From: a virus
Virus record (IMG/VR): IMGVR_UViG_3300031949_000002
DNA length: 64,000 bases
Reading direction: 5' to 3' (one strand)
The notes under the pieces are model-generated. The model saw only the letters and a program-made list of their open reading frames with translations, did no database searches and had not been told where the DNA came from. A program made the translations under genes and the position numbers. Below are positions 16,303-23,284 of this stretch, in pieces; position 1 is the stretch's first letter; each line of letters begins with the position of its first letter.

Positions 16303-16386
16303 CGGAAGCGGCGCGAATCGAACGCGCGACCTCTTTCGAGGCTCCTGTTTTCAAGACAGGTCAGCAAGCCAACTGCAATCGCTTCC
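16303..16386 (-). tRNA. trnS: tRNA-Ser(TGA)
   Basis: CCTGT-CTTGAAA-ACAGG. Confidence 0.85.
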
Positions 16387-16391
16387 GAGAG

Positions 16392-16480
16392 AGGAAGGTG
16401 CCGGAGTTGAACCGGCAAGACGGTGTTACCCGCCTACTCCGATTCGAGCGGAGCGGACCTGCCGATGTACCAAACCTTCC
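16392..16480 (-). tRNA. trnS: tRNA-Ser(CGA)
   Basis: CTCCG-CTCGAAT-CGGAG. Confidence 0.85.
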
Positions 16481-16492
16481 AAGAACGGTCAA

Positions 16493-16563
16493 TGCCTGCG
16501 AGTGGTAACGCACCACCGTCTTCGGCTTATGAAACCGCCGCTCTACTATTGAGCTACGCAGGC
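16493..16563 (-). tRNA. trnM: tRNA(CAT), elongator Met or Ile2
   Basis: Loop TTCATAA; paired 1:72. Confidence 0.75.
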
Positions 16564-16567
16564 GTGA

Positions 16568-16638
16568 AGCCGACGATCGGGGTTGCACCGATGTTTGCCC
16601 GCTTACAGGGCGGGAGTCTTACCTTAGACGACGTCGGC
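16568..16638 (-). tRNA. trnT: tRNA-Thr(TGT)
   Basis: CCCGC-CCTGTAA-GCGGG. Confidence 0.8.
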
Positions 16639-16643
16639 GTGAA

Positions 16644-16715
16644 AGCTCACGAGCGGAGTCGCACCGCTATCTCCTAGATACCGGCTAGGCGGTCTGACTC
16701 TTGACCTACGCGAGC
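16644..16715 (-). tRNA. trnT: tRNA-Thr(GGT)
   Basis: CCTAG-CCGGTAT-CTAGG. Confidence 0.8.
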
Positions 16716-16719
16716 GAGG

Positions 16720-16974
16720 TTACTTCTTGGCTTGAACTACGATTTTGATTCCACCGTTGACGAAGATGAACGGGAGATACCCGCTCCATGTCTGCTTGGG
16801 AAGCAGGACGATCGTCTTCGACACGAAACCGGCCGTCGCGACCAACTCGATCGGCTCGTTGCCCGGATTTTCGATCGTGATGTCCACCTGGGACCGTCTC
16901 TGCGGCGGAGCGCACGCGGCGAGGAAGCAAAGGACTTCAATGGCGACGAATCGAAGGTTCCACAAAGTCTTCAC
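16720..16974 (-). CDS. Putative small lipoprotein/secreted protein
   Basis: Signal-like N-terminus ending LAAC; start codon lies at IscB element junction. Confidence 0.6.
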   Translation of the reverse strand: MKTLWNLRFVAIEVLCFLAACAPPQRRSQVDITIENPGNEPIELVATAGFVSKTIVLLPKQTWSGYLPFIFVNGGIKIVVQAKK

Positions 16975-18272
16975 GCAGCGGGAGCCCCGGGCTTCAGTCC
17001 AGGGAGGAGCCGCGTTCCTCCATTGTATTCGTAAGCGTCGGAACGATGTACTCGCGTCAGATGCTTCGGATGCACGTCGATCCTACCGATCATGAACGAC
17101 GGACGATGGCGGATCGCCACTTTGCCGATGACAATTCCGGCATATTTCCCTTTCGGAATGACTGCGCGGGCGACGTCCCCGCTCTGCCAGCCTTGAAATG
17201 TCCTGGCTCGCTTCGCGTGCGCCTTCGGGAATCCGAACGCATCGGTCAGGCATCTCTTCCTCCTGCCGTGGCCGATCGCCTTGATACGGAGGGGTACCAA
17301 TACGGCAGGAACACGGACCTCTGCCCCGGATTTCCCGACGCATGCCGCGTCGATCCAGTGCGCCTTCGGGAGTCCGAGCCTCGCCCTATTGAACTTCGTG
17401 CGACCTCCTGTACCGCATTCGACACGCAGTCCCGCCTTCTTGAGCCGCTCGAAGAGTGCCCAACGAGTCGCATTCACAGCAGCGGCGTCTTTGAGCGGTC
17501 GCTTAATTTCTGCCTCGACCTCTGGATGCCCGAACTCCGTAGCGGTCCTGTTCCCTTTTGCCTTGTTGCAGGGATCGCAGGCGAGTGTGAGATTCGAAAC
17601 TCTATTCGACCCACCGCGGCTCTTCGGAACGATATGCTCTACTTCCAGCGGCACATCCCGCACGTCGCAATAGGCGCACTTCCTCCCACGCTTCTCCAAG
17701 AGATACTCCCGCACTTCGTATCCCTGAAGCTCGCCTTGCTGATACTCGATGCCTGAAATCTCCGGGTTCTCCATCAACTGCGTGTCGAACCTCACGAGTT
17801 CAAGCGAGATAGACGAGACCGGCGCGAGACGCCGCGCCCGAAGAAGCCAAGTCTCGACGTTCGCGACGCGGCTCTCCAAGCTCGGAGGAAGCCAGCCCGA
17901 CCTCCGCGTCCTGTTCATGAACCTTGGAGCACGATAGCGAAGATGCCTGCTCCTTCTTCCACGACGGAGAGCGCTCCGAGAACCGAGCGCGTCTCGGATC
18001 GCTTCGCCTCGATGCGTGATCTCCGCGCCCCAGATGATCCTCTTGCCGTTCTTGAGATCCGCAACAAGCGCGAGTCCCGTGATCTTCGAACCCGGATCGA
18101 CCTTGAAGGCCACAGGCTGGACCTCCCCACCGGTCCGATCCTTGAGAATGATCGTGAAAGGGTAGCGCCGATAGATCGCCGCCTTGCCCTTGTCGAGCAA
18201 TTCCTTCGCCCTTGCGGGATGGCACGGCATAAGCGGTTTCTTTTTCCGGTCCAGCACGAAGACCCGCTGCAC
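16971..18272 (-). CDS. iscB: IscB RNA-guided endonuclease (PLMP-RuvC-BH-HNH)
   Basis: PLMPCHPARA, KVDPGSK, RRGRRSR, CAYC..EVEHIVP..SNLTLAC..CN, HWIDAAC. Confidence 0.95.
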   Translation of the reverse strand: MQRVFVLDRKKKPLMPCHPARAKELLDKGKAAIYRRYPFTIILKDRTGGEVQPVAFKVDPGSKITGLALVADLKNGKRIIWGAEITHRGEAIRDALGSRSALRRGRRSRHLRYRAPRFMNRTRRSGWLPPSLESRVANVETWLLRARRLAPVSSISLELVRFDTQLMENPEISGIEYQQGELQGYEVREYLLEKRGRKCAYCDVRDVPLEVEHIVPKSRGGSNRVSNLTLACDPCNKAKGNRTATEFGHPEVEAEIKRPLKDAAAVNATRWALFERLKKAGLRVECGTGGRTKFNRARLGLPKAHWIDAACVGKSGAEVRVPAVLVPLRIKAIGHGRRKRCLTDAFGFPKAHAKRARTFQGWQSGDVARAVIPKGKYAGIVIGKVAIRHRPSFMIGRIDVHPKHLTRVHRSDAYEYNGGTRLLPGLKPGAPAA

Positions 18273-18564
18273 TTCTCGTTCTCCGAAGAATGCCCCGTTA
18301 CCGGGGCCTTTCCGCTCTCGCGGATGAAGTTCGCCTCGACAATGTTGGACGGGCTTTTCGCGTCCGGCACACCGATCTACACCCTCGATCTTTTAATGCC
18401 GGACGACAGAGCGGAGGACTGGCAACGCATCCTCCGGTGTCCTGGCCCGACCAACGTAGTTCGGCGTGTACGTACGTCGCCGAACTGAGTCTGGTCAACG
18501 CGGGCTTACGTCACGGAGTCTTCTCCTTTCCGCAAGCCCCGGACTTTAGTCCGGGGTGGTTGAC
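16973..18564 (-). mobile_element. IS200/IS605-family IscB element
   Basis: Starts GTCAACCACCCCGGACTAAAGTCCGGGG; related hairpin CCCTGGACTGAAGCCCGGGG near the other end; boundaries +/-1 nt. Confidence 0.85.
18275..18564 (-). ncRNA. omegaRNA (HEARO-like) scaffold of IscB
   Basis: GTCAAC..CCCC hairpin, GTTGACCAGACTCAG, AACTACGTT, GACACC..GATGC..CCAGTCC..CTCTGTCG blocks upstream of iscB. Confidence 0.85.
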
Positions 18565-18612
18565 ATCTACTGCACCTCTGCTCTAGTAGTATACCGCATC
18601 GATTCGCTCGCC

Positions 18613-19254
18613 ATGGGTGATTGGTTATTCCAATTCGCATTCCGCAACCCATATAATATCGGTATGGGATGGAAATGCTTCGTGATCGAGAAGTCCCTCT
18701 ACATGCGTCGATCGCTTCGTCGCCACACATCGACCCCATGCGACAAAACGGCGGTGAAGCACCATGATACGACGATCGTCGTAGATGAGTATGTCCCAGC
18801 GCTCGGCCTGAGCGAGGGCGCATTCCTGGGAGACGCGGACGACGAGACGCCTGATCCGCGGTGGCCTCGATTCTGCCTCTGCGGATACCGGTTCCACCTG
18901 GAAGATCACTGGCAGGTGATCATGGACACCCTGTACGCAGGATTTCCGGACCGAAAGCTCTATTCCCTGCGTGACAATGACCTCCCGATCGGGGCGATGT
19001 GGGCATCCGACATGGTCGTTCACAAGGGGCCGGACGGAGCCGCCTGGTGCCTCCGACTTCCGGGAGGAATCGACTGGTCGGTCTACAGCCCGAGTTCGAA
19101 CGGCGTGAAGTGGGACGTCCGTGGCGTCCCGCCGAGCATCACGGTCTCTCCGAGCATTCACATGCCTGGCGTGTTCCATGGATTCGTGATTAGCGGGGTT
19201 ATCCAGGAAGATTGCGACGGCCGGAAGTTCGAAGGGATCCCCCGAACCGCGTAG
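18613..19254 (+). CDS. Hypothetical protein, C-terminal DUF6527-like motif
   Basis: PSITVSPSI..FHGFVISGV; start uncertain (18613 or 18664). Confidence 0.6.
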   Translation: MGDWLFQFAFRNPYNIGMGWKCFVIEKSLYMRRSLRRHTSTPCDKTAVKHHDTTIVVDEYVPALGLSEGAFLGDADDETPDPRWPRFCLCGYRFHLEDHWQVIMDTLYAGFPDRKLYSLRDNDLPIGAMWASDMVVHKGPDGAAWCLRLPGGIDWSVYSPSSNGVKWDVRGVPPSITVSPSIHMPGVFHGFVISGVIQEDCDGRKFEGIPRTA

Positions 19255-19327
19255 TGGACCCGGCAGGGCTCGAACCTGCAATTTCCTCGATGTCACCGAG
19301 GCGTCCTGACCATTGGACGACGGGTCC
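19255..19327 (-). tRNA. trnV: tRNA-Val(GAC)
   Basis: CCTCG-GTGACAT-CGAGG. Confidence 0.85.
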
Positions 19328-19329
19328 GA

Positions 19330-19588
19330 ACGGGACAGACCGTATCCCAGGTGCGCTAACCCCCAAGCCGCTGCCCCTGGAGTGCCTTGTCGATAGCGAC
19401 GGCATCGGGGGGCGGGGGATCGTCGCCTCGCTATGTACCGGCCCGGATCGACCCCCCCCCGCTGTAGACCGCGGGAGGGACTGTACCGGCCAACTCGCGG
19501 GACTCACCCCATTCAGCACATCGGCCTGCCTACAGACCTCAGTATCCTATCGGATGGCTCCGCGCCCCCCGGCGCCGTCGCACTAAAG
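19330..19588 (-). ncRNA. Unassigned ~260-nt structured RNA between tRNA-Pro and tRNA-Val
   Basis: Long-range helices GCGACGGC/GCCGTCGC, GGGGGGCG/CGCCCCCC, CTGTAGGC/GTCTACAG, GGGGGGTCG/CGATCCCCC; G-U pairs favour minus strand. Confidence 0.6.
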
Positions 19589-19590
19589 TA

Positions 19591-19663
19591 TCGGGCTCCG
19601 CGGACTTGCACCGCGCCGTACCCGTTCCCGAAACGGGTGGGACGCTACCTTCCCTTGAGCCCG
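19591..19663 (-). tRNA. trnP: tRNA-Pro(CGG)
   Basis: CGGGCTC/GAGCCCG acceptor; CCCGT-TTCGGGA-ACGGG. Confidence 0.8.
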
Positions 19664-19664
19664 C

Positions 19665-19673
19665 TGGTATAAT
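19665..19673 (+). promoter_or_regulatory. Extended -10 promoter (leaderless)
   Basis: TG-G-TATAAT, ATG 7 nt downstream. Confidence 0.65.
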
Positions 19674-19680
19674 CGCCTCG

Positions 19681-20361
19681 ATGGATGCCGACTGGATCCT
19701 CCACAGGAGCGGCCTGCCCTGGCTGAAGCTCGACATCGTCGTTCCGTATCGCGAGATCTTCGAGGAATCGATCCGAGTTCGCGACCGCTTCGTCACGCAC
19801 CGCTACCGCGGGAAGAAGGCGAACTGGAGAGCGGTCTGCCTCCACGGGATCTCGGCCGAGAAGATCGACAGCCCGAGCGTGTACGGCTTTGCGTCGGAAC
19901 GCGACGCTCCGTATCGATGGACCGACGTCGGGGAGTCGTGTCCGGCGACGAAGCGCTTTGTGGAAAGCCTCGGGTACGCATTCCTCTTCCGTGTCAGGTG
20001 GATGATCCTGGAGCCGGGCGCAGTCGTACCTCCGCACCGCGACTATCCGAAACCGTCCCTCAGCTACCTGAATGCGGCGATTCGCTACCCAAAAGGCTGC
20101 CGCTTCATCGTCCGCGGAGAGGACGTCCCGTTCGAGGACGGAATGGCGATCCTACTCGATGGATCTAACGAGCACTCGGTCCGGAACGACAGCGCGGAGG
20201 ACCGCCTTCATCTCGTGATCCACGGAGATCTCGCAAGTCCGCAGTGGAAGGATCTCGTCGAGAGGAGCTACGCGTTATCGGGGCGACTGGATTTGAACCA
20301 GCGATCTTCTGTCCCCCAGACAGACGGGAATTCCAGGCTTCCCCACGCCCCGTCGATGTGA
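19681..20361 (+). CDS. Asp/Asn beta-hydroxylase-like Fe(II)/2OG dioxygenase
   Basis: LEPGAVVPPHRD; DGSNEHSVRN...RLHLVIHG. Confidence 0.8.
   Translation: MDADWILHRSGLPWLKLDIVVPYREIFEESIRVRDRFVTHRYRGKKANWRAVCLHGISAEKIDSPSVYGFASERDAPYRWTDVGESCPATKRFVESLGYAFLFRVRWMILEPGAVVPPHRDYPKPSLSYLNAAIRYPKGCRFIVRGEDVPFEDGMAILLDGSNEHSVRNDSAEDRLHLVIHGDLASPQWKDLVERSYALSGRLDLNQRSSVPQTDGNSRLPHAPSM
20278..20352 (-). tRNA. trnP: tRNA-Pro(GGG)
   Basis: TCTGT-CTGGGGG-ACAGA; antisense to dioxygenase 3' end. Confidence 0.85.
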
Positions 20362-20428
20362 GCGCCCGGTTACGCTCCGGGTCCCCCTGGGCCACGGCCA
20401 GGTGCGCTACTATTACGCTACGCCCACC
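20357..20428 (-). tRNA. trnH: tRNA-His(GTG)
   Basis: CCTGG-CCGTGGC-CCAGG; atypical T loop AGCGTAA. Confidence 0.7.
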
Positions 20429-20440
20429 ACGAGAAGTAAG

Positions 20441-20511
20441 TCCACCAGGGAAGAGTCGAACTTCCGTTGACCGGTTATCGGCCGGTTCGTCTACCGTTGA
20501 CGTACTGGTGG
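20441..20511 (-). tRNA. trnI: tRNA-Ile(GAT)
   Basis: ACCGG-CCGATAA-CCGGT. Confidence 0.85.
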
Positions 20512-20515
20512 AGGA

Positions 20516-20586
20516 ACGGGGTGACCGGAATTGCACCGGCATCTGCTCCATGGCACGGAGCGATCCTGCTCTTGGACGACACCCCG
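20516..20586 (-). tRNA. trnG: tRNA-Gly(GCC)
   Basis: GCTCC-GTGCCAT-GGAGC; U73. Confidence 0.85.
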
Positions 20587-20591
20587 AATGG

Positions 20592-20662
20592 CCGCCCCGC
20601 TGGGAATCGAACCCAGGCCCTCCGCTTCAAAGGCGGCTGCACTACCATTATGCGACAGGGCA
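20592..20662 (-). tRNA. trnQ: tRNA-Gln(TTG)
   Basis: Loop CTTTGAA. Confidence 0.85.
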
Positions 20663-20668
20663 ACGAAA

Positions 20669-20758
20669 TGGGCGCGGCAGGATTCGAACCTGCATCCCTC
20701 TCGGTTGACCGGGTTACGGCCGGTTGAGCACTTTGTCCCAGACCTGCTCAGCGCGCCC
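20669..20758 (-). tRNA. trnY: tRNA-Tyr(GTA), enlarged D loop
   Basis: ACCGG-CCGTAAC-CCGGT, long variable arm. Confidence 0.8.
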
Positions 20759-20765
20759 GCGGAAA

Positions 20766-20838
20766 TGGACGGGAGGAGAATCGAACTCCCCGCACGCTGC
20801 GTGCAAGACAGCATCGCCACCTTGGTACATGCCCGCCC
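20766..20838 (-). tRNA. trnA: tRNA-Ala(TGC)
   Basis: G3:U70; loop CTTGCAC. Confidence 0.85.
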
Positions 20839-20842
20839 ATAG

Positions 20843-20914
20843 TGGACTCGAAAGGATTCGAACCTTCGTCTGCCGATCGCGAACCGGCTGCTCTACCTAT
20901 TGAGCTACGAGCCC
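20843..20914 (-). tRNA. trnA: tRNA-Ala(CGC)
   Basis: G3:U70; loop TTCGCGA. Confidence 0.85.
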
Positions 20915-20917
20915 TTA

Positions 20918-21003
20918 TCCCTCTGCGTTCTACCCTCCGTCGTCGCGGAGTCAGCAGATCATCCCACCCGTCGATGGAAGCCCAGTGGTAGCGCACGAGG
21001 GGA
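20918..21003 (-). ncRNA. Candidate ~86-nt small RNA
   Basis: Ends pair (TCCCCTCGTGCGCTACC / GGTAGAACGCAGAGGGA); internal CTCCG/CGGAG hairpin. Confidence 0.4.
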
Positions 21004-21006
21004 GAT

Positions 21007-21083
21007 TGGTGCCGCCCCCCGGAGTCGAACCGGGACCTGTCGCTTTTCAGACGACCGTCCAAAACCACCTAGACCAGAGCGGC
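21007..21083 (-). tRNA. trnF: tRNA-Phe(GAA), encoded CCA
   Basis: GTCGT-CTGAAAA-GCGAC. Confidence 0.85.
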
Positions 21084-21269
21084 GTGAAGTTCCTCTGCGG
21101 CGATCTCGATCGTGTCTCCGACCTTCCAAGGTTTGCTGTGGAAGCGGACGCGGATCGTCTTTATGTCGGAGAGATCGAAGAGCGTGTAGATGACCTCGGG
21201 AGAGATGAAGTCCGAGTGCGAGGCGCGTGGACCTGCCACTAACGCGACGACCCGATACTCCCGACTCAT
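21069..21269 (-). CDS. Hypothetical protein
   Basis: 66 aa between tRNAs, overlaps tRNA-Phe 5' end. Confidence 0.45.
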   Translation of the reverse strand: MSREYRVVALVAGPRASHSDFISPEVIYTLFDLSDIKTIRVRFHSKPWKVGDTIEIAAEELHAALV

Positions 21270-21281
21270 TAATCTATTGTA

Positions 21282-21353
21282 CTGCCTCGCTGGGGTTCGA
21301 ACCCAAACTTCCCGGGTCAGAGCCGGGCGGTCTTCCAGTTAGCCTACGAGGCA
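21282..21353 (-). tRNA. trnQ: tRNA-Gln(CTG)
   Basis: CCCGG-CTCTGAC-CCGGG. Confidence 0.85.
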
Positions 21354-21354
21354 A

Positions 21355-21431
21355 TGGCACCCCCGATGGGAGTCGCACCCACTTTCTTCGCCTTGACAAG
21401 GCGACGTCTCCACTGCTTCGACCTCGGGGGT
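21355..21431 (-). tRNA. trnD: tRNA-Asp(GTC), encoded CCA
   Basis: TCGCC-TTGTCAA-GGCGA. Confidence 0.85.
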
Positions 21432-21436
21432 ACGGA

Positions 21437-21507
21437 CAGGCCGTAGAGGACTCGCACCTCTGACTTCCGTTTTGGAGACGGATGCGTTTCTACTACGCCA
21501 ACGGCCT
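21437..21507 (-). tRNA. trnW: tRNA-Trp(CCA)
   Basis: TCCGT-CTCCAAA-ACGGA. Confidence 0.85.
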
Positions 21508-21510
21508 ATT

Positions 21511-21584
21511 TGGACCGGGCGAGGAGAGTTGAACTCCCGACTCGAACTTGGGAAGTTCGCGCGTTTCCGTTACGCCACGCCCGG
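21511..21584 (-). tRNA. trnG: tRNA-Gly(CCC), encoded CCA
   Basis: CGAAC-TTCCCAA-GTTCG. Confidence 0.85.
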
Positions 21585-21598
21585 GTGTTGCATGCGAG

Positions 21599-21669
21599 TG
21601 CGGGCGACCGGGCTCGAACCGGTACGACGACTTTGGAAAAGTCGCAGGCTGCCATTACCTCACGCCCGC
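21599..21669 (-). tRNA. trnG: tRNA-Gly(TCC)
   Basis: CGACT-TTTCCAA-AGTCG. Confidence 0.85.
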
Positions 21670-21673
21670 AAGT

Positions 21674-21712
21674 CGGAGAGAGGCATCTGCATCCGGCAGA
21701 CGCCTCCCTCCG
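21674..21712 (-). other. 17-bp hairpin immediately 5' of the first tRNA (possible processing stem)
   Basis: CGGAGGGAGGCGTCTGC / GCAGATGCCTCTCTCCG. Confidence 0.5.
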
Positions 21713-21798
21713 TTTGTTTCTCTCGTTTCGACCCGATTGCCAAAAAGCTGTTCGACCCGTCCCGGCTACCGCCGATGGAGCGAATCGATCCCGGGAAA

Positions 21799-21836
21799 CA
21801 AAAAAACCCGCGGCCGGTCTCCCCGGGCGCGGGTTC
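21799..21836 (-). terminator. Intrinsic terminator upstream of tRNA cluster
   Basis: AACCCGCG-CCCGG..CCGG-CCGCGGGTT followed by T run. Confidence 0.7.
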
Positions 21837-22035
21837 ATCAAGTTTCGTTCTCTACTTCATCTTGTCACCCCGCACCCGGGCCTCGCGTGCCCGACCGAGT
21901 TATCCTCGTACAGGCGCGTACCGAGGATCACGGCGGACAAGGGCGCAAACGAGGCGGACCATGTCCGCTGGCCGGTACGTTCCGGTCGCTTGCTTCCTTG
22001 CCTCTGGCGGGTTACCTGCATCATCGTCACCGCTG

Positions 22036-22064
22036 AACCTACGCTACGATCCAGAGAAAGTCAA
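22036..22064 (-). promoter_or_regulatory. Sigma70-type promoter
   Basis: TTGACT-17-TAGGTT. Confidence 0.55.
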
Positions 22065-22081
22065 GCACAAAATTCGAACCG

Positions 22082-22519
22082 CTACGGAATCCTGTTCCCG
22101 GCCTCGTCGAACCACGGCCTCCTCTTCTCTCCCGAGTAGGCCCTGGCGAGCCCCTCCGTGAGCAGGATCTCCGCGGCCGATCTCCAGCCGTCGCCTTCCG
22201 GGAACTCGACGTCGGCGAGCCATCGGCCGTACTGGTCCTCGGATTCCTTGCGTGAGCCCGGCTTGTAGGTCCGAAGGATGACTTCCTTCCCGAGGATCAG
22301 AGACTCCATCCGCGCCTTCGCGCGCTGCGCGAGGGTGCGCTCGTGCTGATTCGAGGATCTGAGTTCGGGCGTGTCGATCCCGTTGATCCGGTAGGTATCG
22401 ACGTCGTAGTCCTTCTTGCCGCGGTCGGTCAGTGCCGTGATCGTGTCTCCGTCTACGACGATCAGGACCTGTGCCCGATAGTGGAAGAGCTTCGGATGCG
22501 TAAGCGTAAACTTGATCAT
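22082..22519 (-). CDS. Thermonuclease (SNase-like)
   Basis: VVDGDT, RINGIDTPE, DQYGRWLADV, GLARAY. Confidence 0.9.
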   Translation of the reverse strand: MIKFTLTHPKLFHYRAQVLIVVDGDTITALTDRGKKDYDVDTYRINGIDTPELRSSNQHERTLAQRAKARMESLILGKEVILRTYKPGSRKESEDQYGRWLADVEFPEGDGWRSAAEILLTEGLARAYSGEKRRPWFDEAGNRIP

Positions 22520-22528
22520 CGGATCCTC

Positions 22529-22633
22529 CTACAGTCGCGGCCTACGATGCCGACGCGAAAGTACGACGGCGATCACCAGAACTCCGCCGAGAAACACCGT
22601 CAGAGAGATCAGGAAGAGCAGAGGCTGGGTCAC
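22529..22633 (-). CDS. 34-aa membrane peptide (not in ORF track)
   Basis: MTQPLLFLISLTVFLGGVLVIAVVLSRRHRRPRL; overlaps upstream stop. Confidence 0.5.
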   Translation of the reverse strand: MTQPLLFLISLTVFLGGVLVIAVVLSRRHRRPRL

Positions 22634-22944
22634 TTTCCCGCCTCTCCGCCTTCCGACCCGAGTTGTCTCGCGCGCCTCTTGATCTGGCCCTCTCCGATGC
22701 CTTCCGCAATCTTGGTCATGAACTCAGCCGCGTCGTCCAGTTCCTTACGGATCCCCTGGATTACTTCCTTGCTGTTAAGCAGCACCTCTCCGGCGACGTA
22801 CCGTTCCAGGTCGTTCACGAGAGCGCCGATCTCCTCGTCGATCCTCCCCTTCGCGCAGCGGACGAACGCGGCCTTGACCGTCGCCTTCAACCACTCCCGA
22901 TCGACGAACTTGTCTTTCCAGATCGGTGCCGGATCTCCGCCCAT
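22630..22944 (-). CDS. Hypothetical protein
   Basis: 104 aa, in coupled run. Confidence 0.55.
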   Translation of the reverse strand: MGGDPAPIWKDKFVDREWLKATVKAAFVRCAKGRIDEEIGALVNDLERYVAGEVLLNSKEVIQGIRKELDDAAEFMTKIAEGIGEGQIKRRARQLGSEGGEAGK

Positions 22945-22946
22945 GG

Positions 22947-23252
22947 CTACAGCACCTCTTCTCTTTCTCTCTCGATCGCGTCTACTACCGTAGCCTTCAA
23001 CCTATTGAGCGCCTCGGTGTGCTGCTCCACCATGCGTCGCCGCACGCGCTGGATCAAGTGACGTACGATTCGATCCGCAAGCTTGTTGGAGGCCCTCTCC
23101 ACTTCCTTCTCTTCCCGTGTCGGATGGGCCAGAATCTCCCGGATCGCCTCCTGGACCTCGGGAAGAATCCAGCCGCGGTCGATCGCCTCGCTCAGCCAGG
23201 TGGTGTTCAACGTCCTATCCCTCGCGATGTGCCGTAGCATAAGCCATTGCAC
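22947..23252 (-). CDS. Hypothetical protein
   Basis: 101 aa, helical. Confidence 0.55.
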   Translation of the reverse strand: MQWLMLRHIARDRTLNTTWLSEAIDRGWILPEVQEAIREILAHPTREEKEVERASNKLADRIVRHLIQRVRRRMVEQHTEALNRLKATVVDAIEREREEVL

Positions 23253-23284
23253 GTATCGTTGCAGATCTCATCGCGCGTTCCATG

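Noticed and set aside
18560-18592. Hybrid outward promoter from the IscB end (TTGACA)
   Set aside because: No good -10 at 16-18 nt spacing
19330-19588. RNase P RNA or group I intron call
   Set aside because: No GAGGAAAGUCC P4 strand; GGTACAGTCC resembles an intron S element but there are no exons or convincing P7
6559-21669. Stop-codon recoding or suppressor tRNAs
   Set aside because: No CUA, UUA or UCA anticodons; TAG, TGA and TAA all terminate plausible genes
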